A stretch of 62,558 bases of DNA, filler included, from Syncephalis fuscata S228 (lineage: Eukaryota > Fungi > Zoopagomycota): NCBI GenBank assembly GCA_025786725.1. It is 5 parts of 5 records of this genome, joined end to end, with 100 filler letters (N's around TTAATTAATTAA, not from the genome) between each part and the next. Parts side by side here need not be neighbours in the genome. Positions count along the whole stretch, not along the records: positions 38,494 to 51,447 come from JAHLTZ010000254.1; positions 51,548 to 62,558 come from JAHLTZ010000287.1; 3 more parts are not named here. One strand, given 5' to 3'. Both the position numbers and the translations under genes were made by a program. Positions 43,787 to 57,035 of the stretch are shown piece by piece. Position 1 is the stretch's first letter. The number at the start of each line of letters is the position of its first letter. Below the pieces are notes generated by a model that had not been told where the DNA came from, searched no databases, and was given only the letters and a program-made list of their open reading frames with translations.

Positions 43787-46700
43787 ATGGATAACCGACA
43801 AGTAAGTGATGACTCAGGAGGACAATCGCCGCATAGACACTCCCAGTACTGACCACGTCCACTGCTAGAGATTGTCTCGTCTATTACTTCGGCGGCTAAA
43901 AGAACGAACGCGCGAGCTGAACGACCAACTAGGCAGCCGTGTACTTATAACAGGCACCAAAGGTCTACTTATAGATCGCCTACTAACCTATATAATTTCG
44001 CTTGAAGAATCTGGATCGCATGAACAGCTACAAAAAACTTGGTCCATACTGGAGCGGTAAGTTGCAAATAACGATGACAACCATCACAGACCCACAACAG
44101 TTAGACTATGTCTTGTTAACGATGAATGGTACTGTACAGCGAAGAAGAAGGACACCAAAGCTGGTCGTCTATGTCAGCGGCTGTTAATGCGCACACAGCC
44201 AATTCGCTGTCCACTACATCCAACACCTCTTGCTCGCCGATCCACTACGAGCTACTAAATCGGCTAGGCGATGATGCTCATTCGTCGCCATCCTTGCTAT
44301 CTAGCCAAGGCTATCGACACACAGTTGACTTATCCCGGTATGCAGATTCAAACTATATGATGTTCAAACAGCTTGATCTAACAAACAGTCTTATTACACC
44401 AATGAATACCAATAGTAGTAGTAGCGCGAATAATGGTACATCACATTTATCTCTTTCATTTCGTTCCTGTCCGTTCTACACTGATCCTCAGCCACTATCA
44501 GATATAGTGTACGCGGAAGGTAAGTAAATAGATATAGCGTATTTATGTGTCACTAATTGTATCTGTCAGTATCAAATGTTAAAATGACCAGTGTGGCACG
44601 ATTTTCACTTAATTCGAAGAATATTGAAACATTAACTGGTAGTTCGTAAGTTGGCATTTACTTATTTGGTGATTATAAAGTTAATAATGGATTTACTAAA
44701 TAGATATGTACCAAGTCGTAAAACACCAAAATTCTCCTCTCATCGTGTTATGGTCTACTGCGTTGATGCGGACCAGTGGCGCACCATGCCACATGAGCCA
44801 CTTTCGTTGGAATTTCCACCTGTAGTTGAATTATCTATTAACCATACGGTTATTCGTAAAGTAAGTGTTATAATATGCTATAAACGCTACTAATTATAAT
44901 ACTGTCATTTATAGAATCTAAGAGGCATTAAAAATCGTCCAGGTACTGTCCATCCGTGGACATTACACCGCACTGCTGTTTGAAGCCAGGTGCTGTTAAT
45001 CAATTGGACATTTCATATATTAATACACCCAAGGTAACTTACCACTATAAGCTAAATAGATATCATATTAATATCAATTAGAAATATGTATTTGTCGTAT
45101 GCTTGTCAAAAGTAACACAAACATCGGAATTGGTTGATAAGTTAAAAGGACGGAAACCACTTGAGAAATCCAATGTACAGCAGTTATGTAAGTAACATGT
45201 AATTACAACATATCAATTAATGTAATAATTTTATAATATTAATATCAATAGTAAATCGAATCGCCAGTGATACCGAAATTACCACCACCTTATCCAATGT
45301 TTCTTTAAAATGCCCTGTAAGTTAGCAATAATTGTATTGATTAGTATGAACATTTATTGACTATTATCTATAGTTGACCCATATGAGAATACAACTACCA
45401 TGTCGATCACGAAAATGTCAGCATATTCAATGTTTTGATGCCACATCATTTCTTGAATTGAATGCACAGACACCAACTTGGCAATGTCCCATCTGCAATC
45501 GATTACTACAGTCATGGAGGAATTGGTATGGGATACGTAAGTGTTATTACTAATCATTTATATAATTTATTTACATTCTTTGACTAGCTATTTTAAAGAA
45601 ATATTAGATAGCACAACCACATCAGTGGACAGTATTGTAATGGATGATCAAGGGGAATGGTCAATACGGCCTAATTCAACAGGTGCACGGACATCACCTA
45701 AAACGCCCTCTACTCGTCAAGACACCGTTGGAGGAGAAAAAAGAAAGCGGCTGCTATTTGATATTGAAGATAATTCACTGCCATCTTCACCGACTTCACC
45801 TCGTTCTCCGTCATCTTCAATAGCGGGCAATAGTAATGGCGATACTAGTAACACATCTAATACGGCACAGATCATTGATTTGACGTTAAGTAGTAGCGAG
45901 GATGAACTTGAAGATGAATCAGAAAAGGAAATACCAGTATTGAATAAAAAGTCTAAAGCGACCAACGAGTCTATTTCTATAAAGACGGAATCACAGCTAG
46001 ATTCAACGGCCACCACTCACGAAAATGGCCACGATAATAACAATAATACTGATGAAAATGAGACTGGCAACCATAGCAGACCTAGTGACTGGATCCGACG
46101 GTATCTTGGTGGCTATGTCTCTACGCCATCCAGTTCCTCTACTGCACCCACTTCATTGCCAACAACTGTATCAGTAACGGCTGAGGTAGTAGAACCAACT
46201 ACATCGGCACCAGCACCGGTAGGGACAACAACAACATCTGAACTGTTACGTAAATTGAATAATCTTAATGAACGTATTCAACATGCTCGAATACCTGTAT
46301 CTTCAGTGTCTACAGCGGATGATGTTGCAACAAATGGTATTACAAATAATACGGGTGCAACAACACCATCTATTTCACCTACATCGGATACGGGACAGAC
46401 ACAATGGTATTCACCAAATGCATCTCCTTCTTCTAATGCTAATACTAATGCTACTACTACTAATACTGCTGAAATGATACCACTTAATACAACTATTCGG
46501 CCCACATCACACGGTACAATTACGACAACACTATTGTCATCCACACTACCAGTAAATAGAAATGTATTAGATGATCGAGTGACACCGCCCACTAATAGCA
46601 GTAATGGCCATCACAGAAATACACCAACTCAGTGGTACACGCCATCAAGTGATCTGGCACAACGACAACCACAACGCCGTCTATATAACAATACTGACAA

Positions 46701-47055
46701 TGATGGTGGTGCAGTCTACAGGGATAGACTAGAACCGTCCCATCTATCTCTCTATTCAACCCATCCTCGACATCTTTCCTATGATGAATGGTATCGCTGT
46801 ACATTGCCAACACCTTCATCACCAATAGATAGTCAATTGATAAGTCAAGGATCTGATATGCTTGCTTATTATTCATCTTATAATAATATAGCAGCATCCA
46901 ATTCTCATAATACTGATTCATATCCACATCAGTATCAGCGGCCACCATTACCACCACAAACAACACAGTCGCAGTCACAACGGTATCAGCAGCAGCAGTA
47001 TCAGCAGCAGCAACAACCATATCATTCGCAGTATCAGCAACATCACCGTCAATAG
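43787..47055 (+). CDS. SIZ1: SIZ/PIAS-family SUMO E3 ligase (PINIT + SP-RING)
   Basis: F.[61 protein letters not shown]...WQCPIC, SIM IIDLTLSSSEDE, low-complexity tail. Confidence 0.93.
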
Positions 47056-47170
47056 TAACGGCATCAATACGATGGACCGTCAACCTACTATAATATTCGA
47101 TGTTTTTTTGTAATAATAATAATAAATAGTAGTGTAACATTTATTCTGAAATACTAGATTAGCTAGCTAC

Positions 47171-48229
47171 TTAAGACGAGGGTGGCATGGGATGTTGGAT
47201 GGCTGTATCGTAATCAGGTGGTGCTTCCTGAGGAACAGTATGAGATGGAGGCGGTCCAGCCACCGATAAAGGTGTAGAAGAGGCTATGTGTTCTGTAGCT
47301 ATAGCCGATGAATTTCCTATATTATAAACAGTATATTATATTAGGTAATTAATAAAGTAATATAGCGCACTGTATGTAGAGTTACCTGTCATGCTATTAC
47401 GATTACCATTGATGCCTGGTATTGGATGATTTGTAGGAGCAGCAGTTGAAGTGGAGGCATTTGCTGCTATTCCTTCAGCCCGTGGTGTATAGGCAGGTAA
47501 CTGCTCAAGTGTATCTGGTAATTCACCAAGCTCTAACGCATCATTAATATCAATAAATAATACGTATTATTCATTATTACCTTGAATACGTTCACGTAAT
47601 TGTCTATAAATAGTGGAGAATTCAAATGCGCCTAATTATCAATGCAGTTATAGCTGTATGAATTATTACTATACTCATTATGACCTACCTCCTTCTTTAA
47701 AGTATAATTTAACCTGCATCGCTGCCGGCAATCCACCTTGATACACCTAACAGTATTATTACAAATAATTAAATATAGCCTATTTGCACTGTTGTAATAC
47801 TTACTGGCTCACTGTACATGAATAGTAATTGGCGTTAAACCAAGGCTGATTTAACTTGCCTTCATGTATATTTAGCAAAGGCATCGATAATGACTGAAAT
47901 CCAACTAGACTTGGCTGTGCCAAGTAAACAATCCGCTGATTCGATAAATAGACATGACCAGAAGCTGCATTATAGCAACCGCTATATATAACAATACAAA
48001 TTAGCAAGTTTAACTATTTGTGTGTTAGAGTAGACCAGTACTTGCCTACTACCAGGAAAACCACTAATACAGCGACGATAAGTATATAGAGTTACTTGAC
48101 AAGCTACAGCACTTACTTTCCATAGACTGATTCCAAACAAACGCCTGTTTTCTCAAGAAATACCTTTTCATTAGGTAAAAGTATAATGGCAGTGCCATCG
48201 GCACTTAATGCAGCTTGGTTAATCGACAT
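47171..48229 (-). CDS. WW-domain-binding protein 2-like (GRAM/PH domain plus PY motifs)
   Basis: MSINQAAL.., GHVYLSNQRIVY, LNQPWFNANY, LYFKEGGAFEF, LPAY, APPDY. Confidence 0.85.
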
Positions 48230-48406
48230 TGTACGCAAGAAAGATAAAGAAAGGTGTACCAAGAACAGTATACTGTTGTGATAATGGTGGTGGTGGTGAT
48301 ATGTTTAAAACAAAAAAAGTGTCAATAAGAAGCAATAGACTGCAACGGTCACATGTGTAAAACATTCTATTTATTGTTAATATATCAGCACACAAATCCG
48401 CGACTT

Positions 48407-50092
48407 CTAATGTACCCTTTGCCGTCTTGATTGTCTTGGTGTTGCTCTTACGGGTGTTGCTTCTTTGTGGGTGGGCCGGTTTTCTATTCATATCGTTAAT
48501 ATGGTGGTAAGTAAATAGTACAACTACAATTACCTGAATAGTCGTCGTTGTTATCGTCGTCGTCATCTTCATTGGAATATAGACGATCTTCTTGTTCATA
48601 GACACCTAATCGCCTATTCATCAATTAGTATAACTAGCACATGTATATCAAATAAATTACTTACTTTCTACGTGCTGCAACTGATGTAGGTGTTACTTGG
48701 TGTTCAGAAAGTGTTCGTTGACGATTTAAACCATTGCTCATAGCTGTTGTCGTTGTTGTTGCACCTGGTTGTTGCTGTTGTCGTCGCCGTCTACCACTAT
48801 TGGCCATTGTAGTAAATGAGAACGATTTGGTCATTGGTTGGTCATAAACTGGCACAGATGACATACTGAATGTTCGTCGATTATTACTGTCGGAAAGTGT
48901 GCTTTGTTCTCTCGATAAAAGACCAATACTTTTGTTAACAAACTTAGTGTTATATTCGCTGTAAACTTGTCCAAATAGCAGCTGCTTGTCTTTAACGTGT
49001 TGTACATAGGTTCTACACAAATAATAAGTCTACTCAACAGTATTAGCTTAATTGTATCAATAAAAGGACTAGCTTACCTGTAATGCTACAGCCAAGGCTA
49101 CTGGAAGGAAAAAGGGCCAATTTTCGGCATTTAAGCCAAAATAAACGGCTAATTGTGGTGGTGACCACCAGCTAAAGATGATGTAACTGTTAAATATCAT
49201 AATACTGGTAAATAAACAACGACTTACCAGAAAATATTGAGTGAAAATACAGGCGATCCCACATGTACAGTATATGAACCTGTCGTTCATCATCGGGTGT
49301 ATACTGAATTATCCTCCATACCGGACGCCTATAATTGATCATCAGCATATGATTGCCATATACTGTTGCCACACTTACATAATAAAGCGGAATAAACGAG
49401 TACATAGACTGGATGGTTTGTCATAAACACGTTTTGTACGTACATTTGGATTTTGAATGGTTGACTAGCATACGATGTTAATAAAGCTACTACTAACCAG
49501 CTAGCTTGCTACACTATTTGGCTTGCTTATAAATAGCACATACCTCTGCAGATGAATCAAATAGCTGATAGTGGCGGCTGCGTGTAAACAAATAAACAGT
49601 ATTGGCTAGACTTAGCACGAAAATACTACTTCTAGTAGGTTAATCTATAAGCATAGTTAGATAACAACATGGCTGCAGTTACAGCAATCGCTGCAGTAGC
49701 AAGTACCCAGAACATAGTATTCGCATCTATCCAGCCACTTGGTACAGGTTTTCCATACCCAAATCTAACTTGTTCAGGCGATTCTAACGAATGGCTTAGG
49801 CGTAGAAAAAGAAATGCGCCGTTAAGTATATATAGCCGCGGGCCAACTAAACAATAGATGAATAACCATATATGTATACACACATACAAGCCGTTAAGTT
49901 ACCGCTACGCCACAAGCAATCGCCGCATTCTTACCTAAGTGTTTCTTGTAACGAGTCCCAGTCAAGTGTCTCCCAGTCCTCTTGAATGCGCATGAGCCAG
50001 TCGTGTGGCGCGGAACGAACGCGATCGCTCAACGATTCTTTACGTACTAAACGGCCACTTTCCGATAGTGACGGTGAACCCGGCTCCGTCAT
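48407..50092 (-). CDS. Nur1/Mug154 family inner nuclear membrane protein
   Basis: RLVRKESLSDRVRSAPHDWLMRIQEDWETLDWD, TM helices, LYMWD..SPPQ, KDKQLLFGQVYSEYNTKFV. The family match is from memory. Confidence 0.75.
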
Positions 50093-50406
50093 CGTATTGA
50101 TATGTTTACAGACAAAATAAAACGTATTAAGCTTACTAAACTCGAAAAGAATAACTACGTGGCGGAGTCGTGTAGCAAAAGAAAGCGGCTGACTACGCTG
50201 CACACCAGTAAAAGAACGAAAATAGTACGAGCGTGTTTTGTGGTGTGATGAGTGGGGGTGGTGTGGTAAAATCAGTCTTAAATTATTGATTGCAGATCTG
50301 AATAAATTAAAAATTACTTACTGCTACAGTACCTGCTAGATTTATACAGCATATCATCTGTATTTACGCGTACGTAAAAATATAGCTCTACGAAGCAAAA
50401 AGGTAT

Positions 50407-50479
50407 TGCCTTCTGGCGGAATCGAACCGCCGACCTTCTGCTTACTAGGCAGACGCTCTGCCAACTGAGCCAAGAAGGC
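50407..50479 (-). tRNA. tRNA-Thr (AGT), intronless
   Basis: Cloverleaf GCCTTCT..TGGCTCAGTTGG..TCTGC CT AGT AA GCAGA..GGTTCGATTCC..AGAAGGC A, with an oligo-T terminator downstream. Confidence 0.96.
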
Positions 50480-51427
50480 AAGTGTATTGCATTCGCTTGT
50501 TTCGAAGCCGGTTTTAAATATATATGGCAAAAATATTGGACTTGTTTTGCTAAAAATAGAACTTAACGAGTAGCTGATTTTTAATTCTATACTCTATCGT
50601 ATTCTACTATGCAACATTATATTATTTGGCCTAACTGAATATACAGATATATATTTTTTACTTGTAACAATATAATTTAAGACAAAAAATGGCAAATGTA
50701 GATTATATCACTATTAAATCAGTAATGATACAAATGGTGTTAATTAACAAGCATTGTGTAGTGGAACTAATATATTAACAATATTGATAAGTGGGTAAAA
50801 AAATAACTAATTAATATGTAAATCAAAATAGCTAAATAAGGTATTGCACATAAAGAGATTATAAATAGACTAGTTAATACCAAATAATTATTAGGTTGCT
50901 ATATGGTATTGGTATTTTTATAGAAAGACTGTTTTCTAAATACAATGGCTATCTATTAAGTTTTTAGTGACGTATAAATAATGTTATCATTGTTTTTTAA
51001 TAATGCAAACAAAGACACAATAATACTTTAGTAGTAGATAGATAAATAGTATGAGTATGTTGATTACCTGATATTGTTTATTAGCTATATTTATGAATGT
51101 GTATTACGCCCAATCTTTTTAAAAGTTTCTATTAGTTGAGACAAATGTACGAATAGTGTATAAACAATGCTAATACATTAACTTTATATCTATAAACTAG
51201 GGCAATAGGTAAGCAAGAAACGGATTGTATAAGCCAAAAAAACGATAGTTTAATAATTTGCATTGTCTTTTATTCCTAGTCTATTCGCTTTATATTAATA
51301 TGTTTTTAAATTTGTTATTTCTATAAATACCCACCGCTTGGTTTAAGTATCACCATAGTCATAATAGCTGATTTTAGCTAATTCAGTCATAATTGGCTAT
51401 AAATAACCAACCCAGTAATACTTTTAA

Positions 51428-51547
51428 TGATGCAATGAGTTTACTCANNNNNNNNNNNNNNNNNNNNNNNNNNNNNNNNNNNNNNNNNNNNTTAATTAAT
51501 TAANNNNNNNNNNNNNNNNNNNNNNNNNNNNNNNNNNNNNNNNNNNN
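51428..51547. other. Artificial contig linker
   Basis: N-run, TTAATTAATTAA, N-run. Confidence 0.97.
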
Positions 51548-51852
51548 ATTTATTAAATATACGACAAAAGCGATATACATTTACATTTAGAATGCTATTC
51601 TATGTAGCTTATGTAGGCAAATATGCATTCCAAGTGTAGCACTATTTGCATACAATAACATATTTTACATATAAAACTACTAGCTACCATTATTCGATAT
51701 TGTATGAAAACCAATATAAAAGACCTGTGCCACAAAGCTAGTTTGTATATGCTTGCGACTTTGCATGAAGCTATATGGATATTTACTATATAATAATACA
51801 TTTCAAATCCACTGAGAATATAGCCTTGTTACTTTATATTCTGAATTTCAAC

Positions 51853-53739
51853 ATGTTATTTTCAAAATACCAACAATTGGTGTTATTGTTATTTATTTGT
51901 ATATCAATACAAATCAACTATGTTCGTGCAAAAATCACTCTTTTCAATGGTACCAGCAAGTTAGCATCTTATCCTTTAACTGATCTATACCTTTATCCCG
52001 AGTCTCAGCACGATTATTATGAAGGGATTGTAGTTGTCTAGACACACCCTATATATACAGAACCAAGCATAAAATGCTTTTTTCGCCAGTTAATGCTTCC
52101 GACCCAGCAATTCAAAATATTATTAATAATGCATCTAAATATCCTGACTTTGCACTAGTCATAGGTTATTATTATCGTTTACTGAGTTACTGTAAACCGA
52201 AGAGCGAGTAAGTGTTTATATTATAATAGATAGACATGTGCTAACTGTATTTAGATCAATCAAGCAACAAATGGATTGATTCAGCAATCATCACGTATGG
52301 GACTTCCACCAGTCAAACTCCTTATTCTATCCTCATATCGGCCACCACATTTTTATTTAGGTTACAATTGTGTTGCAAATTGTTTTGATAAGTTACAAAA
52401 TAGATTTTCAGTATCAAGCTCAATTAGAAAAGCATTAATGAAAACATTCGATTATAATATACCATGGGAAATATCTAAAAACTATACAAACTTCCATTAT
52501 ACTGCTGAACAAGGTAAACGATTCAAATACTTGTTATATCAATACTAAACTGTTAGTAGAACCCAATCCATGGAATGAGATCTTCTTTTCACACACATAT
52601 ATTGCCTACAAATGGACATATTTTGCCATAGTAAGTAATATAATTAAACAAGTGTATAATTCTAACTGTATTGCTACAGGTGTTGGGTGTTTTGTTGTAT
52701 GCATGTATTCGTACTATAATGCTGGCAAGATTTAAGCTGTTGAAACGGAATCTGCTTTTGATCGCATTTGTTATCAGTTTTATATACTGTATTTGTAAGT
52801 AGATTCAATCTATTTTAAAATATACAACTAATGATTATATACTAGTTTTTTTAATACATCTGACTGCTCTACACAATGCATATGTATCACCAATTCTTTT
52901 TAATGTTTACATGCTTTTATCAGGAATACCTTTTGATATAATACTTTTGCATTGGTATGTTATTGTTAAGTTGGTTATATAGTATCTAATATTTAATTTT
53001 TAGGTCCATTATTGGCAAAAAACTATTTTCAAAAAAAGCAATGATACCTGTTTGGCTTATTACTATTATTGATACCACAGTAAACATTTTACGAATTGTA
53101 GACTCAATAGGACTTATTTATTGGGACAAAACTAATGATAAAATATCATTATTCTACGCTATCCTCGATATGATTAGGTGTATTGTTCTACCATGGGTTA
53201 CTATCGTAACATTATGTGCACTTTGTAAGTTAGTATAAACTAAATGGTTTAGTTTAAACTAACGTATATCTGATAGTGCTATGGCTTGGATTTATATCTT
53301 ATAAGCTTAGAAAACATCCTGATGGGCATCGCAGGTTTATACAGGTAAAGTATCTACTAGTTTTATTTCATTGATTTACAATACTTACCTATCACACTAG
53401 TTGGCATGTCTTACTTTAATAGCCATTTTTACATATATACTATTTCCAATTTATTATATCAAATATTTCAAAGGTTCCCATACTTTAACACCTGATGAAG
53501 TATTTAAAATAGACTTTACGCTTGATACAGCCTATATGGTGCGTGCACTTATATTCTTATCTGTTCTTGGTATAAAATGGCCGCATTCACCGGAATTAAC
53601 TGAACCAAAGATACGAGAACCACTTGGTGGAATGACAACTGTTGAATGTAGTACTGCTGCAGAAGGGATCTCAACATACTGGCAATCGACTCGTGAATTT
53701 GCAAAAAAGCATTTAAGCGTTGAACATCAGCATGGATAG
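51853..53739 (+). CDS. Hypothetical signal-peptide, ectodomain and ~7 TM protein (receptor-like), apparent frame break near 52040
   Basis: Hydrophobic N-terminus MLFSKYQQLVLLLFICISIQINYVRA, ectodomain, EPNPWN, then successive hydrophobic helices over GT-AG exons and a short polar tail. Confidence 0.7.
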
Positions 53740-55114
53740 TCAATTGGCGCATGTCTTTCAAATGTAAATAATAAATAAAGATAGTTACTGCTGTATTTAA
53801 CATTTGATTATTTAGCTTGTAAAGCAACCATTCTTGCTAGTGCTGTAAGTATATAGACCAAATACATATTTAATTTAATTTTTATGTGTAAATTATAATT
53901 AATAAGCTAGTCAGATTATCAATGACAAAATAGGTTATTTATCACTTATTTCTAAATCTAAAAGTTAAAATAAAGTACGACTAAAAACAAACTATTGCTA
54001 AATTTATTATATTTGAAACTGTAATTTAATATATTTGCAGTGAACATGATTTAGATGATTGTCATAGTCGCATCATTCGTATCAATGCCAAAACTATATT
54101 ATTGCAGCTTTGAATATTGGATATTATAAATGATGATTAAGCGATAAGAGAATAGAGAAAACGTATTGGTAGTGTAATCAAAGTAATATATTTTTAACAA
54201 AGTATATGCTAATAGAATATGGAGCTGCATTTCAGTCAAGGTACAGCTACTACAAGCTAATCGTCGCAGTAATCTTGATTGTAGCAATTCTGATAATTCA
54301 ATAGGCTATTCGAGTTGAATGTTTGATGTTTGCATTACCAAATATGATCATTATAAATTATGTGATTTTTATACGTTTAGAAATCGTAGAAGTGGATTAG
54401 CTAGTATTTGGTATGCAGTTAGAAAACGGATACAGAACCAGTGTGCTTTTTCCAGCAATAAAGACATTACAATTCTGAGCATCATTTTGCCTTATTGCAT
54501 GATCTTTACATAACAGCAATAGTTGGTATTTGTTAAAACAACATTATCATATTAAAGAACTTGGTTTATCAAAACAAATAAATATTTTGTTTTAAACGAA
54601 ATTGTTATTATTATAGTTTTAAAGCACTATAATTGTCGTCGTAAATATTTGTTTTTTACTGTAAATAATTGGATATTCAACTTACCTTGTATTCATATTA
54701 AATATTTATTATTGTTTCTGTCGCCTTAAATTATTTATGATGAATATTTACAATGTTTGTGCACAATACTAGCTATCTTATTGCTCATATGGCAGGTGAA
54801 ATTAATAAAAAGCTGATTTCCTTGTACAATGCTGGCAAAATAATAACAAAATAATATCGCAACATAATAGTGCTAAACGATGCATTATTTGAGTATAGCT
54901 ACACTGGAGTAATATAGTCGTGTGAAATATTGCGCTTAATTAACTGCTAAGCAATTACTTAGTATAAAAACTGCTTTAAAGTAACATTATATTCTCATTC
55001 TCATTTCTCTTGCCAACATACTGTCTGTAAATTGTTTTGTTTAAATTGTATCTGTTCTAGTATTTGGTTTGATTGTGTTGTACAGCTGTCATCTATTCTA
55101 CCTGAATTTTAAAT

Positions 55115-56327
55115 ATGCTAAACAATGCTCGTGTGCTTCAAATTGGTGCTAGAAGACTATCGCAACCTTTGAATATTTTCTATGAGATTCATGGCACTGG
55201 TAGTCGTCGTGTACTTTTTATTTGTGGCAAGTATATTGTTATATATCTATGACACAGCGCACAAATATTAATGAGTCAACTAGGTCTTGGCAGCACACGT
55301 ATAGCATGGCGCCCTCAAGCACTATTCCTAGCGCGGCATGATTGCCAGGCATGCATTTTTGATAATCGTGGCATGGGCGATTCAGGTGATTCTATTTATG
55401 AGACTATGACAGCTTTGTTAACCAATACCCAAAAGACATTTCCACCCGGCCTTATACGTAACTTGCAATGTCGTACAACTAGATTATGACTGCACTAATG
55501 GCAATTTAGCGTTGTAGATCTGGCCAATGATACTGCAGAACTGCTGGACCATTTGGGATGGAAATCAAATGTCCATCTTTTTGGCGTCAGTCTAGGTGGC
55601 TATATTGCACAAGAATTGGCTAGCTTGCATCCAGCATACTTTTCAAGCTTATGCCTAACAAGCACTTTTGCAAATCCTGGCGATCCACTAGTAAGTCATG
55701 ACCACTGATATTTAATTATACCAATACTACCACTGCTTTAATGATATTTTTGATAATTAGAACAAGCCATCGCTAAATCGCTTGAAAGAAGCAGTGGGAT
55801 TGTGCTTTGACGAGTTTTTTGAAAGAATGATTTTCCTAGTATTTCCAGAGGTAAGCAATCATGCAAGCTACTATATTTTAATACTGTTTATTTAGAAATG
55901 GTTGAATGCACCATCAAAAAAAAAGTCAGAAATGACAAACTATGCTTTAATAAAAGCTGTACGTTGATTTTTACAATGGCAATATATATATTTAACAACA
56001 TTATTATTGCAATAATAGAGCCTGCCGAAACAAAGTCCAGCCCAACAAGAAAGACTTATGGAAGGAGTCAGAGGACAATTTTACGCCGCTAGCACTGGGC
56101 GTATCACAAAAAAGCAGCTACATATAATTCGGAAAAGTAAAATCAACACGCTAGTTTGTACTGGTGATGTGGATCAATTGATTCTACCTTTCAACGCTGA
56201 ATATATTTCAAAAGTGATTTGTGCTCCATTAAGAGTATTCAAAGGCTGTGGGCATGATATTAGCCTACAAGAGTTTGAACAGTATTGTCAAGCTATTCTT
56301 GAGCATATTAATGGCACTATCGATTAG
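55115..56327 (+). CDS. Alpha/beta-fold hydrolase
   Basis: YEIHGTG, FDNRGMGDS, DLANDT, nucleophile elbow GVSLGG, GDVD, GCGH. Confidence 0.9.
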
Positions 56328-57035
56328 CTGAATAAACTGTTTATTCGTTTGATTCCAAAGCATTAAACAGCTGTTTGACTCTCAAATTAAAATAAACAGT
56401 CAACAAGTTGTTTAATGTTAACACACCATCCTTAAATAAAAGCAATTAACAAAATGGTGTGTTACAATTGTCAAAGTCTGTTTTTAACGTGCTTATACTT
56501 TGTAGTTATGCGAACATAAGAGCAAGGTATTTTATATTATTTTACAAAAACAATACTTATTTTATATTAACTTTTATTTAACATAATGATTTGCATCAAA
56601 TAATTATTAATATATTGCCAATCATTATAATAGATTGCTTTAATGACTACTGTTATACAACATTCTTTATCAACACTATACATTTTTATCCTTTTGTATT
56701 ATTGGCATCGCTACTACCGTTATATTTATTATTTAGTTATGAAATTATTGTCGTTGTTATTATTAGCTTTGGCACGTATCCATCGCTTATCTATCACCAT
56801 GGCATAATCGGGAAATTAATTGGTTTGCGGCGCTGATGTGAAACGATGACCAGATGAGCTCTGACCGTTTTCCTGCCTCTCACCCCTTCGGTTTTCCATA
56901 TTCATTTTCTTCATCTCTCTGGTGCGGATCCCTTGACCTCGTCCATTACCATTATCTTGCTTGCTAGCGTCCTCTGCTACGTTACGTCCATTACGACCTA
57001 TTCTTACTATATTAGCATTTACAGGCACAATCATT

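Noticed and set aside
43802-43870. C/D snoRNA in SIZ1 intron 1 (GTGATGA...CTGA)
   Set aside because: It is too short, the putative C box overlaps the 5' splice site, and CTGAC is the branch point.
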